Part shown: one piece after another, positions 23,814 to 34,564 of the stretch
Numbering within the stretch: position 1 is the stretch's first letter
Layout: every line of letters starts with the position of its first letter
NCBI RefSeq assembly: GCF_001194135.2
Contig: NC_068982.1
Coordinates: 160,743,231-160,784,986 of the forward strand
DNA: 41,756 nt
From: Octopus bimaculoides
Lineage: Eukaryota
Direction: 5' to 3'
Program-made: the position numbers and the translations under genes
The notes under the pieces: generated by a model
The model's database searches: none
Seen by the model: only the letters and a program-made list of their open reading frames with translations
Told to the model about the DNA's origin: nothing

Positions 23814-24544
23814 AGGGAAAGAAACTGAAAATGCAGAAGTCTTTTAAAAGTATTTATTTAACCGGCTTCATTTATTTAAAAAGATTGCCAAAAGTAAAGT
23901 AACTAAAGATATTCAAATCAAGTGATAAAACGTGTAAATCATAAAACATGTTAAAACGTGTAATTGACTAATTTAAAAAGAGAAATTAACTTATTTAAAA
24001 TGATTGTCAAAGGTAAAGTACATAAATATATCCAAATCAAGTGATAGTGTCTTTGACAAGAAGATAAAACGTGTAAATCATAATTGTTTGCAGCAACTAA
24101 AATTAAAACAAATGTTAGTACAGAAATAATAGACCATTTATAGTTCTCGTATCTGACTCCTAGAGTCTTGCATCTTTTTAAATATTTCGCAGTAACTTAA
24201 TGATATTTTTTTTATAAGCAGCGTTGCAATTCTTCTGTATAAAATCTTCAGAACTCCGTTTATAAAATTTATCATTAAGTTACTGCGAAATATTTTAAAA
24301 GATGCAAGACGCTAGGAGCCAAATCCGAGAACTATAAATGGTCTGTTATTTCTCTACTCACCTTTTTTTTCAATTTAAGTTGTTCAAACAATTATGATTT
24401 ATGTATTTTATCTTCTTGTCAAAGACTCTATCACTTGAGTTGAATATATTTATGCACTTTACTTTTGACAATCTTTCTAAATAAATGAAACCGGTTATTA
24501 AATACTTTTAAAAGACTCCTACATTTTCAGATTCTTTTCTTTAT
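23811..24544. mobile_element. ~730-bp fold-back palindrome (long-TIR non-autonomous element)
   Basis: Left arm 23811-24217 and right arm 24260-24544 are inverted copies, e.g. ATAAGGGAAAGAAACTGAAAATGCAGAAGTCTTTTAAAAGTATTTA versus TAAATACTTTTAAAAGACTCCTACATTTTCAGATTCTTTTCTTTAT, around a ~42-nt spacer. No ORF. Confidence 0.9.
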
Positions 24545-24639
24545 ATTGTTACTCGTGCAGTAACCCCCAATCTTACTTTGTTATATNNNNNNNNNNNNNN
24601 NNNNNNNNNNNNNNNNNNTATATATATATATATATATAT

Positions 24640-25230
24640 CCTGTTACTCCAAATAATAACGGGCATGAAGCTGGAAGTGTATCCTGTGTACTGAATTTAC
24701 AAAATCCTTATCATTGGTTCATAGATGTTCCCTTTCTCTTATTTTTCTAACCACATTCGCGTCCAGAAGGCTGCTGATTTCCACCACAGAACATATCTTT
24801 TATTTGTGGTTTCACACAAAGATATATAGCCAGTTGTGCTTTAACATGGTGGCTATTTTAATTGTTATGTTCCACCAATATTCATTTTCTCAATCAGTCA
24901 ACTTCGGTTGTAGGTATTTTCTTTTTTATTATCCTGTTCCAGACTGTTCTTGCCACCGTATCATGCCTCATAGGAAGATAATATCTGGATGACATTCTCT
25001 GACAACTGGCAATAATGAGGTTGATGTCTTCAGTCTTGATCTTGCACAACCTATATTTGTTTTCTGTCAAAGTTTCCTGCCACTTATTCTGTGGGTACTT
25101 AGTGATGATATTTTGTTCTTGGATTACATAGATGAAAACTTCAAAGTAGAATGTCTTTAATTTGTCGGTATTCCATGCCAAACTTTTGACATGATCAGTC
25201 GCTTCTGGTTTGTGTTTTACGTGTCAAGTA
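24640..25230 (-). mobile_element. 3' fragment of a second RLE-type (R4/Dong-like) retrotransposon
   Basis: Minus ORF LKTFYFEVFIYVIQEQNIITKY...NKYRLCKIKTEDINLIIASCQRMSSRYYLPMRHDTVARTVWNRI corresponds to the AIQEQ / CRLC...HII.SC...RHD knuckle region. Confidence 0.8.
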
Positions 25231-25237
25231 CCCATAA

Positions 25238-25283
25238 ATGTATGTATGTATGTATGTATGTATGTATGTATGTATGTATGTAT
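25238..25283. repeat. (TATG)n microsatellite
   Basis: Read directly from the sequence. Confidence 0.97.
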
Positions 25284-25339
25284 TCGTATAAGGATATTTT
25301 TACTTTCCTGATTATTACTGTTATATTGTATGTAATGTA

Positions 25340-26070
25340 TTCCTTCTTTGAAGCTACCGCTCGTTCGTGTGTCATTGTAATATTCAGAAGAACAGATGAA
25401 GGATTCTTCGTCAGAAGATAAGCCAGATATGCGTTTACTTCCTACTATTATTATTTTTATCTAGGCCTTTATGTAGTATTAACGCATGATTGGAATTTAT
25501 ATTAGAATACTTCAACTTCTCGTTAGGTTTACTATAAGGACAGAGTCCACCAGAACGTAAATCTAAGATTATATCTAAGAAATTAACTATAGTAAGATTT
25601 GTATCTACTTCGATCTAAAATCTTTTAATATGTTGATGAATTTTTCCCAAACCGTATCCATTGTGTGTTCATTCATCCTTCATAAAATGATTAGCCCGTC
25701 GTCACGGTTTAGAGTTAACTCTGCAGAGCAGAATCTCTCGTCCGGTGTAAATCTAATATGTATAATCCTATCAATTTAGAAATCTCAGCCCATTACGCGA
25801 TCCCATGTGGCTACATCAAACGATTCTTGACCATTACGTTTAACCCAAATAGAATTATCCAAAATAGCAAAGAATTCCTTGGATGCGTAATAATATTAAT
25901 ATCCGAATTACCATTTGGAATAAAACCTCTAGAGAATTCCAAAGATATACAAGAAAGAATTTAATTATAGACAAATAGAACTCTATTATATCAACTGCAT
26001 AAATTTATAAAATATTATCTTTGATAAACTATTAATCCGCAACGAAAAATTTTCCTTCTTCATTCTAAAT
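25340..26070 (-). mobile_element. Decayed Penelope-like element RT fragment
   Basis: Minus-strand pieces in order: DIIEFYLSI, HPRNSLLF, WVKRNGQESFDVA, IGLYILD, RDDGLII, VNFLDIILDL...PYSKPNEKLKYSNINSNH, KRISGLSSDEESF. These match the PLE RT signature (FDVTMGSYDGAE.CELVGL / YRDDGL / FLD..LDL / SNHP). Confidence 0.85.
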
Positions 26071-26274
26071 ATGTATTTATTACACTTGGATATATTACTT
26101 TGGGGGTGGGGATGTTAATTAGTCATGATTTGTGGTTGGCAAAACATTATGTAAGTGATCTTCAAAACTAATATATGATTTACATGATACTAAATCTTCA
26201 TCTCTGATTACTAATTTTAGGCTGAGAGTTATTTCTTCGCTACTAAATGAAATGTTAAGTATAGGTAATATCGG

Positions 26275-26456
26275 CTACAAATTTTGAAGCCAATATCGAC
26301 CTCAGTACTCAACGTGTATTTATTTTATCGACCCCGAAAAAGTGCAAAAAGCAAAGTCATCTAGGTGGAATTTGAACTCCGAAAGTTAAGATGGACGAAA
26401 TGCCGCTCAGCATTTTACCTGGTGTGCTAACGATGCAGCCAGCACACCGCCTTAGG
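26275..26456 (-). mobile_element. tRNA-derived SINE, family A
   Basis: Reverse complement reads TAAGGCGGTGTGCTGGCTGCATCGTTAGCACACCAGGTAAAATGCTGAGCGGCATTTCGTCC...GGAGTTCAAATTCC...GGGGTCGATAAAATAA. Confidence 0.85.
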
Positions 26457-27189
26457 CGGAGGTGATATTGTTAGGAAGATATCTACGATATATGGAGATA
26501 TTAGTTTCGTACATATATTTTTCAATAATCATAGATGTCTATGTTAAATATTTGTGTAATATGCTGGTAATTTGTTTTTTTAATTCTAATCTTCATCATA
26601 TTCAAGAAGCCAGATACAACTGCAATTTGTTCCAAGTCCTATCTTCTGTGGATTTCATTTATTCTGAAGTCGAACTTATTTTCCCTTATTCCCGTTATAG
26701 AAGTTTTAAATTCTATATCATCCTCCTATTTAGATCATCAGTATCTTTAATTAGACACTTAATATACCTTTTTCAGCTAGTGTACACATTCATTGTGGAA
26801 AACCTCTTTATGTTTTCATGGCTGGGCCTCTGAATTTACAAAGAAAATTACTCCGTCCATCAAGTAGAGTTGTATGGTCATTAAAAGCTGTCGTTATATA
26901 GAGAAGGATCACGTAAAATAGGTGACTATATCACGTCTTCTGTATATAACACTTGAATAGACATATGTTTAATGCATTTTCCAATAGTATTTTTCACGTT
27001 TCCTGATTAATCATATCGCAATGTGTTTACTTACATTGTACTTCATGGATTAGCATGCTGGTTCCCCAGTTCAACCGTTTAAATAACCGGCAACGACATT
27101 CAGTTACGATTCAGGAAGATTCAGCTTTTAATAAGATATACATACTCTGCTTTATTATTGAGTACTTAAAAAAAAAAGTAGACCGATCT

Positions 27190-27345
27190 GCATGTATGTG
27201 TGTTTGCGTGTATATTCGTGTATGCGTGTTTGTTTGTATTTGTACGTTTCTGTGCATGTGTACGCATGCATATGTATGAGTTTGTGCGTATGCCTATGTA
27301 TGTATGTATGTGTGTGTGTGTGTGTGTATGTGTGTGTGTGCGCGC
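27190..27345. repeat. Degenerate (TG)n/(TATG)n low-complexity tract
   Basis: Read directly from the sequence. Confidence 0.85.
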
Positions 27346-28528
27346 GTTTACTTCAAAAGATGAACACAGCTGAATAGAGAGCAATCACCCGATGCATTAA
27401 ATTAAATTCTTTGTTTAGATATTCGCTCAAAACACATTTCACATATTTATATTAATGTTACTTAAGGCAAAGATGCCACGGGCTCTCATTCCTTTTCTAC
27501 ATAGAACTACTATGCGCTAATGTTTTTCTATAAATGTTTGAACTGAACATCAATCACATCGATCTGACCAATGTGACCGGACATGCAATGATATGGGTAC
27601 TAGCCTCTTCCTAAGACATTTTTAATAAATAGTTATTCACTCAAACAGTTTCTATTTTGACGTTAGAAATAAGGATATTGATTTCCAACTTAAACGCAGA
27701 ACTTCAATATTTGAACAGTAGATCATTTCGAAACGACTGTACTAGTAATTACTTCATCGATGACTGGAATGAACATCAGTGTGATTGAATTCAGGTGTAA
27801 CCAAATACCCCAAGGTTATGTGTAGGACATGGTTCTGCTAAATGCTCCAGCTTTCAGCTCTGCACACCCATGTGGAAACTTCAAACATTCATTTTAAAAT
27901 GCAAATGTGACATGCATTTCAAATTCGTTTCTTCTTCAAAATGTTACAGAGTTTCAAACACACGTGATAACTTTAGAATGATAACTTCCTAAAAAGCGTT
28001 TCCAGGCATTTTCTATGACTTCATGAACACTTGTAGAGGAAATAAATATGGTCTAAAAAATTGAAATATCTTTTCATAGTCACGTACATGTAATTTTGTA
28101 TGGAATATGTGAGGATTTTAATTTTCTTGCAGCAGATAAATTTACAAAATTTATATTTATATATTCGTATGCTTATTGACATGCGCTACTATATCTCGAG
28201 GTAAATTTGTGTATAAATGTATTCTGTATATATGTATGTATTTTGAAAGGCAAGTGTTATATATGTTGAAGATTGGAAATCGCATAAACATTTGAAGGAA
28301 GCACAGTAGAATACTTTACAATTGAATAATTAGCATCTAATATCAGAAAATAAAGATCTGTATTTGATACTGGTTGTAAGTGTTCGTTCATTTGTATAGG
28401 ATTTAATCAGAAGGCGTTTAACTTTTTAAAAAAATCAATAGGTTTGCGTCTTTCATACCGCATCTAAGCTTCACATTGACTGTAATCTTTTATACTTCAG
28501 GATTCAATCAACCGAATAAAATTCCGTT

Positions 28529-28560
28529 TATTATTGTTATTATCATTATTATTATCATTA

Positions 28561-28619
<59 letters not shown>

Positions 28620-28679
28620 CATTATCACTACTACTACTACCACCACCACTACTGTTGTTACTACTACTACTACTACTAC
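28529..28679. repeat. Compound (ATT)n-(ATC)n-(ACT)n microsatellite
   Basis: Read directly from the sequence. Confidence 0.95.
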
Positions 28680-28897
28680 GATTTTTTGTCAGAATTCGCT
28701 GCACGATCTTGGCATAACGAACTCCATTGATGTAGATCAGAATAGCGATTGGTAAATGTTTGTTTAGGTAAAAATGTCTCCTTAGCGAAGTGAGTTTAAT
28801 ACTATTCTATTGTAATTGCAAGAATATAATGATATTGCAACTTAATGTTGTTGGATTTGCTTTTTTGCATTCCCTTTTATATCGATATGGAACGGTT

Positions 28898-28954
<57 letters not shown>

Positions 28955-28973
28955 CAGATAGATAGATAGATAT
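28898..28973. repeat. (AGAT)n microsatellite
   Basis: Read directly from the sequence. Confidence 0.96.
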
Positions 28974-29044
28974 AAAATGATATGCATGTATCTATGACTG
29001 CTCAGTAAATAAACTTGCAAACAAGATATCTAGAATGCAATGAA

Positions 29045-29281
29045 ACGGTATTGTGCAGAGTTAAATATTCGCATTGCAACCACATGTTTTCCAGGTCGAA
29101 TCCATTGCGCAGCAGCTTAGGTAGATATCTCCTATCATTTTCTCGGCTTAACCACTTCTTTGCTAGTGGAGTTTGATGCGCGATGCCAGATCCTCATCCC
29201 ACCATATACATACATACATACATACATACATACATACATACATAGATACATACATACATACATACATACATACATACATAG
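29045..29281 (+). mobile_element. Decayed family B SINE head followed by (CATA)n
   Basis: GCAACCACATGTTTTCCAGGTCGAATCCATTGCGCAGCAGCTTAGGTAGATATCT...GTGGAGTTTG resembles the reverse complement of 31010-31146. The microsatellite spans 29203-29281. Confidence 0.55.
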
Positions 29282-30047
29282 ACGTGGGTGAGTTTCTGTG
29301 TTGTGTTGTTCGGTGTTGCATATCAGCGACAGAAACAAATGGCGGTGAGAAAGCCCATACATTGGTGCTTTCTAACGAAGTCGTATTCGATATTTATTGC
29401 ACAGATAATCCTTTGTAATTTTGGTCAACGTAAATCCAGAGAATCAGTGTGCGGCATGTTGGAAACCTACAATCAATGACGCCATTAATAAAAACAAAAA
29501 AAGTACGATACAACATAAATGAATTAAAAATACCATTTCATTGTTTCCTTGCACGATATCTGGATATTTTACTATATAATAACGTATTATTTGATGGAAG
29601 TAATTTATGATAAAGGTTTGCAATTTCTAGGTTATCAAAACTGAAGAGCTATATCTGAAAAATTAACAGCAACAAAGAAAAAGCGATTCAATTTATATAA
29701 AAGTTGTTGGCTATTATTAAAAAAAAGTGGGGAGAAACGAGATATAAAAATCGTTTCCTTCAATTTGCTGATAAACAAACAAAAATAGTAAGTTTTATTG
29801 CTCGTAACCGTTTTTTTTTTAAATAGAATTGAGTTAGGATCGCTAAAGGAATTATTTGCTTTGCTCATATATGTTTTCTTTTTCCAAGTTGTTATTGCTG
29901 CTGGGATTTTTTTAAATATTTTTGTTGGGAGGGGCGGTATGAAGTACTTCTGCGATAGGATATTTACATATCTTATCTAAAGGTCGGAAATATGTTTGGC
30001 ACGGATCCAAGATCATCAATAAAAACACCACAGATAAGATAAGCATT

Positions 30048-30050
<3 letters not shown>

Positions 30051-30079
<29 letters not shown>

Positions 30080-30131
30080 TGTATGTATGTATGTATTTAT
30101 CTATGCATGTATGTATGTATGTATGTGAGTA

Positions 30132-30160
<29 letters not shown>
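30051..30160. repeat. Head-to-head (TATG)n and (CATA)n arrays
   Basis: Read directly; the two arrays are mutual reverse complements separated by about 7 nt. Confidence 0.93.
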
Positions 30161-30165
<5 letters not shown>

Positions 30166-30834
30166 GCTACATGGGTATATGCATGCAGACGTAGACAGAT
30201 TTATAGATAGAAATATATTATCTCTTTGTATTAGAATTTTAGGTTCATTATCTGTAATTCCCGGAGGAAAGAATGATTAAAGAAACGAAAATTCACTTGA
30301 TTGTGTGTAATTACCATAGATTGATATCTATAAACAAAAGCAAGTTGAACTTGCTGAAAGAAATTTTTCATTTGTTGTTGTTGTTGTTGTTATTGTTGTT
30401 ATTTAAAGAGCGGATTAGCCAATTAAGATATATAAGGTGTCGAATAGTAAAACAACATTCAAATATGACAAACAAAATTCAATCCTACCGTCCTTTTCTT
30501 GATATGTTTTACTTCCATTATAAAACATCAGATTGGCAAAATGATTTACTAAAGAAATTAATTGTAAACATACGTGGTGTGAGTGTATTCGCACGTAAAC
30601 TGGACTTAATAGATGGTATAAGGTAATACAAACAAAGTAGGTAAGAAAATAAGACAAAAATAAATTCTTCAAAACGTTAATTCTAAATACAGTTAGTAGC
30701 ATGCTCGGTAGTTATCTTAGTAAAATAGTCTCTCTGAGTGGTCTTTGGAACTGATATAAATTGAAGCAGGACGCCAGAATGATGTAGACCTAAACATACA
30801 GTAGCTTCAACATATTCTTTTATTCCTTTGCATG

Positions 30835-31145
30835 TCTCAGTCATATGGCTGCGGCCATGCTGGAACACTGCCTTGAAGTGTAGTCGCTGAGTTGCAGGAA
30901 CGCAAAAAAACACCGGTTGTCAAGCGGTGATGGGGTAACAAACACAGACACAAAGATACACAGATATAGACATATATATACATGTGTGTGTGTGTGTGTG
31001 TGTGTGTATACGACGGGTTACTTTCAGTTTCCGTCGACCAAAATTTTGGTCGGCCCGAAGCACTTGCTCAAGTTGCTACGCAGTAGGATTGAACCGGGAA
31101 CCATGTGGCTGAGAAGCAAGCTTCTTACATACAGCCACACCTGGC

Positions 31146-31146
<1 letters not shown>
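30835..31146 (-). mobile_element. tRNA-derived SINE, family B, with an internal microsatellite
   Basis: Minus strand: head GGTGTGGCTGTATGTAAGAAGCTTGCTTCTCAGCCACATGGTTCCCGGTTCAATCC, a CORE-like TTGAGCAAGTG, ACGGAAACTGAAAG, a (CA)/(TA) tract, then the 3' part ending CCAGCATGGCCGCAGCCATATGACTGAGAC. Confidence 0.8.
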
Positions 31147-31179
<33 letters not shown>

Positions 31180-31445
31180 ATAGGAAGGACACCCCGGCAT
31201 CCGAAACTCGGAGTTTTATCATGGCTACCGAATAAGTGTCACATATATANNNNNNNNNNNNNNNNNNNNNNNNNNNNNNNNNNNNNNNNNNNNNNNNNNN
31301 NNNNNNNNNNNNNNNNNNNNNNNNNNNNNNNNNNGTGGAATGTTCATCGCTCAATGCCATTAATATGTCTGCTCTATGAATGCTGATTGAGAGCTAAACA
31401 GCAACAAAATGTTTTCTATATCAACCATAATACATTCTTGGTATT

Positions 31446-31778
31446 AAAGCGGCGAGCTGGCAGAAACGTTAGCACCCCGGCCGAAATGCTTAGCGGTGTT
31501 TCGTTTTTTCTTTACGTTCTGAGTTCAAATTCCGCCGAGATCGTCTTTGCCTTTCATCCTTTCGGGGTCCATAAATTAAGTACCAGTTCCATACTGGGTC
31601 GATCTAATCGACTGGGCCCCTATCCCAAAATTTTTGGGCCTTGTAGAAAAGAATACTTCGTTGCGCCGACGTTGACTTTGCCTTTCATACGCACTGGTGT
31701 CGATGTAATCGACTTAATCCCTTTGACTTTCCTTGTTTGTCCCCTTTATGTTTAGCCCCCTGTGGGCAATAAGAAAAT
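31446..31778 (+). mobile_element. Composite family A SINE: a full copy plus a second partial core with a different tail
   Basis: Head, core and TTTTTGGGCCTTG tail to ~31630, then GACTTTGCCTTTCAT...GTCGATGTAATCGACTTAATCCC...GTTTAGCCCCCTGTGGGCAATAAG. Confidence 0.88.
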
Positions 31779-32172
31779 ATACATTCTTGGTATTGCTAAA
31801 GCGTTGATATTAGTCGATATTACGAGGAGAGAGAGCAAATTCTTGGATAAAATTGTGATGTTGAAATTATTAACCCTCAGAAGTTTGGATTCTCTGCTAG
31901 ATTATTTACTACAGGTTTCTATTGTGATCTACAAAATTCCTTCCAATCCATCAGCGGGGAAAGGTAGGAACAGGTTTATATGCTGTTCTACAAAGTGGAT
32001 TATCTGCCAGTGAAATACTGTATAGTGAAAACTGTTCCTTCTGCGATGCCTGACGGCAGATCATTGAGCTATAGATGTATTTGTTATTGTTGTTGTTCTT
32101 GTAGTCTCCTTTGATTCCTGATTAAGCTTTCCATATAAACAAATTCATTCCAGCTGTAAGCAATGCATTTTT

Positions 32173-32252
32173 TATTAGTCATTGTGTATATTAGTCATTG
32201 TGTATATTAGTCATTGTGTGTATTAGTCATTGTGTATATTAGTCATTGTGTA
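32173..32252 (+). repeat. Minisatellite, 5 x 16 bp (TATTAGTCATTGTGTA)
   Basis: Five units with one substitution, read directly. Confidence 0.97.
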
Positions 32253-32384
32253 TAGGACTACAATATTCAATGCCTTTTCCTCCTTTAAGATGGCATAGTG
32301 TGTATTTGACGAAAATTAGCTTGCTTATTTTGCAGGTCAAGCAGACATTTGGGTTTTTCGTTATTGCTATTGTTGTTAAGCACG

Positions 32385-32800
32385 TGGATGTGCAATGGTT
32401 CAGTGGTTAGGGCAGCGTACTCGCAGTCGGGGTTAGGGTTAGGGTTTCGATTGTGGTTAGGGTTAGGATTGTGGTTTCGATCCCCAGACCGGGCGTTGTG
32501 AGTATTTATTAATGAAAACACCTAAAGTTCCACGAGGTTCAGGCAGGGGGTGGTGGTGAAACCTGCTGTATTCTTTCACCACAACTTTCTCTCACTCTTA
32601 CTTCCTGTTTTTGTTGTACCTGTATTTCAAAGGGCCAGCCTTGTCACACTGTGTCACGCTGAATCTCCCTGAGAACTACGTTAAGGGTACACGTGTCTGT
32701 GGAGTGCTCATCCCCTTGCACGTTAATTTCACGAGCAGGCTGTTCCGTTAATCGGATCAACTGGAACCCTTGTCGTCGTAACCGACGGAGTGCCACGATG
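32385..32800 (+). mobile_element. tRNA-derived SINE, family C, with a TTAGGG-rich insertion in its head
   Basis: A-box-like TGGTTCAGTGGTTAGGG and B-box-like GGTTTCGATCCCC flank the insertion, followed by a long body ending GTCGTAACCGACGGAGTGCCA. Only one copy lies in the window, so the body is assigned from my recollection of octopus SINEs. Confidence 0.7.
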
Positions 32801-33464
32801 TTGTTTAGCTCTAGATCAGTCATGAAGAAGCAGCCCTGTGATCAAAGGCATGTCATGCGTAGCCATCCAGTTACATTAGGACACTACGTAGAACTACAAT
32901 ATTCTAAAACAGCAAATTGTGATTTGAGGGAGGATTGGCAAGTGTAGTGACCACACAAAACTACCTCTTTGTTGTTGTTGGTGGGGGGGGGGAGCATTAG
33001 TGACAATAGCAGTAGCGCTATTGCTGTCTGTACCGTCATTGTTGCTGTTTGTCTTCTTTAATGACCTAGAATGTCTGACCTTGTTGCAAAACAGCTGAAA
33101 ATGTTTATTTCTCTAATAATGGTAATATAATTAGGAAATGGAAGCGTCTCACAAAATTTTGTATTTATTCACCTGAGAATCATTATTTTTCTTCAATTTT
33201 CACTAGACAGTGTTCTCAAAATACACAGAATTCTAATTATTTAAGAACACAATACAATTTTATATTCGGTGTCTAATAGATCTGCCGATCATTTTTCAGG
33301 TAATTAGTTGTTGGAAAAGTAATGTTTTAATGCCAGTCTCATTGTTTGGTTATATGTAGTTTATTTATCTATGTTCTTAGTTCAAATTTTGCCGGATACC
33401 ATTCTTTTAGAATAACCAGAATTTATATTTTTGTAAGAAATTATGTATAAATCGTTATGTATTA

Positions 33465-34564
33465 CAGGGTGTTCGGGTTACATTTGACAGTTTGCATAAA
33501 AGGAAAAGAAAACAACATCTCATAAAAGTCTTTCAAATTTTTTTTTTAAATATCAACTAGTTTATGGCTGAAGGATAATAGATTACCTAAAGTATCCGCC
33601 TTCTGATTCCAAAACAGCCTCAAAACGGCTCCAGAACCTGATACCTGCGTTCCTGACTCTGGCCCTGAGAAGATCTTCGAACACCTTCTTGATCTTGGCC
33701 ACCAGCTCCGAGTTGGTGTTGCAGGTAGAGCGGGTGGTCTCGTTCTTAATCGTGCCACACACATAGTAATCCATGGGATTACAATCCTTTCTATTATAGG
33801 CACAAGGCTTGAAATTCTGGGGTGGGGGATAGTCGATTATATCGACCCCAGTACTTAACTGGTATTTAACTTATCGACCCCGAAAGGATGAAAGGTAAAG
33901 GCGACCTCGGCGCCATTTGAACTCAAAACGAGTTGACAGGCGAAATGCTGCTAAGCATTTCCTCCAGCGCACTGACGGTTCAGCCAGCTCGCCGCCCTAT
34001 GGGATTACAATCGAGGAAATTAGGAGGCTAGAAATTGGGACTGTGGGATGTAAAAATTTTCCGACAACTACCTCTGTCTCTTTCCGGAGGTATGGCAATG
34101 AGCCAAATCCTGCTGCTGTACACATGGCCTTTCAGTAGCAACTTTCTTCATCCAAAGGTTGACCATAGTCTCCAGTAACTTGAGTAGCCGTCTGCATTAA
34201 CCCTATTCAAAGATGTAGTGATGTATTCCAGCGTGTGAATGCAGTCAGAATTCCTGTTTTGTTCTTCGCTGTTTGCCACGGTTTCATAGTCTCCGTTGGA
34301 GCTGTCCATGTCACATCTTACAGCATTTACAGTGTTCACAAATCATTGACCAGCAGTCACTGCGTCGGCATTTTGATAACCGGCACGAATCATCATGGTA
34401 CAGATAATTCTTTTGCAATATTAAGATGGCTTCCCGGCCTCCATGTCAACTAACGTTCTCTCAACTACGACTTTATTAAACTTTATGCTCTCAAAGTCTG
34501 TTGTCTGTTCATTAGTTGTTCTTGAAGGAGACAAGAAATCGTCAGGTTTAGCCCAAAACACACT
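33465..34564 (-). mobile_element. maT-like (D,D37D) Tc1/mariner element, internally deleted and interrupted by a SINE
   Basis: Left TIR TA|CAGGGTGTTCGGG at 33465; a degraded counterpart at ~34536-34564 is followed by TA. Minus-strand translation: MMIRAGYQNAD...NSDCIHTLEY joined to RVNADGY.KLLETMV...QQQDLAHCHTSG...DCNPMDYYVCG...FEAVLESEGGYFR. Spacing between the second and third Asp reconstructs to 37 after frameshift repair; the first Asp region is absent. Confidence 0.85.
33787..33998 (-). mobile_element. Family A SINE with a perfect 14-bp target-site duplication
   Basis: ATGGGATTACAATC occurs at 33773-33786 and 33999-34012, flanking a full head-core-tail copy. Confidence 0.95.

Noticed and set aside
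32173-32252. 16-bp repeat array as CRISPR-like
   Set aside because: The units are contiguous with no spacers and the context is eukaryotic; it is a plain minisatellite.
9143-33998. tRNA genes suggested by A-box and B-box motifs
   Set aside because: I could not form a cloverleaf, and each continues into SINE core and tail sequence.
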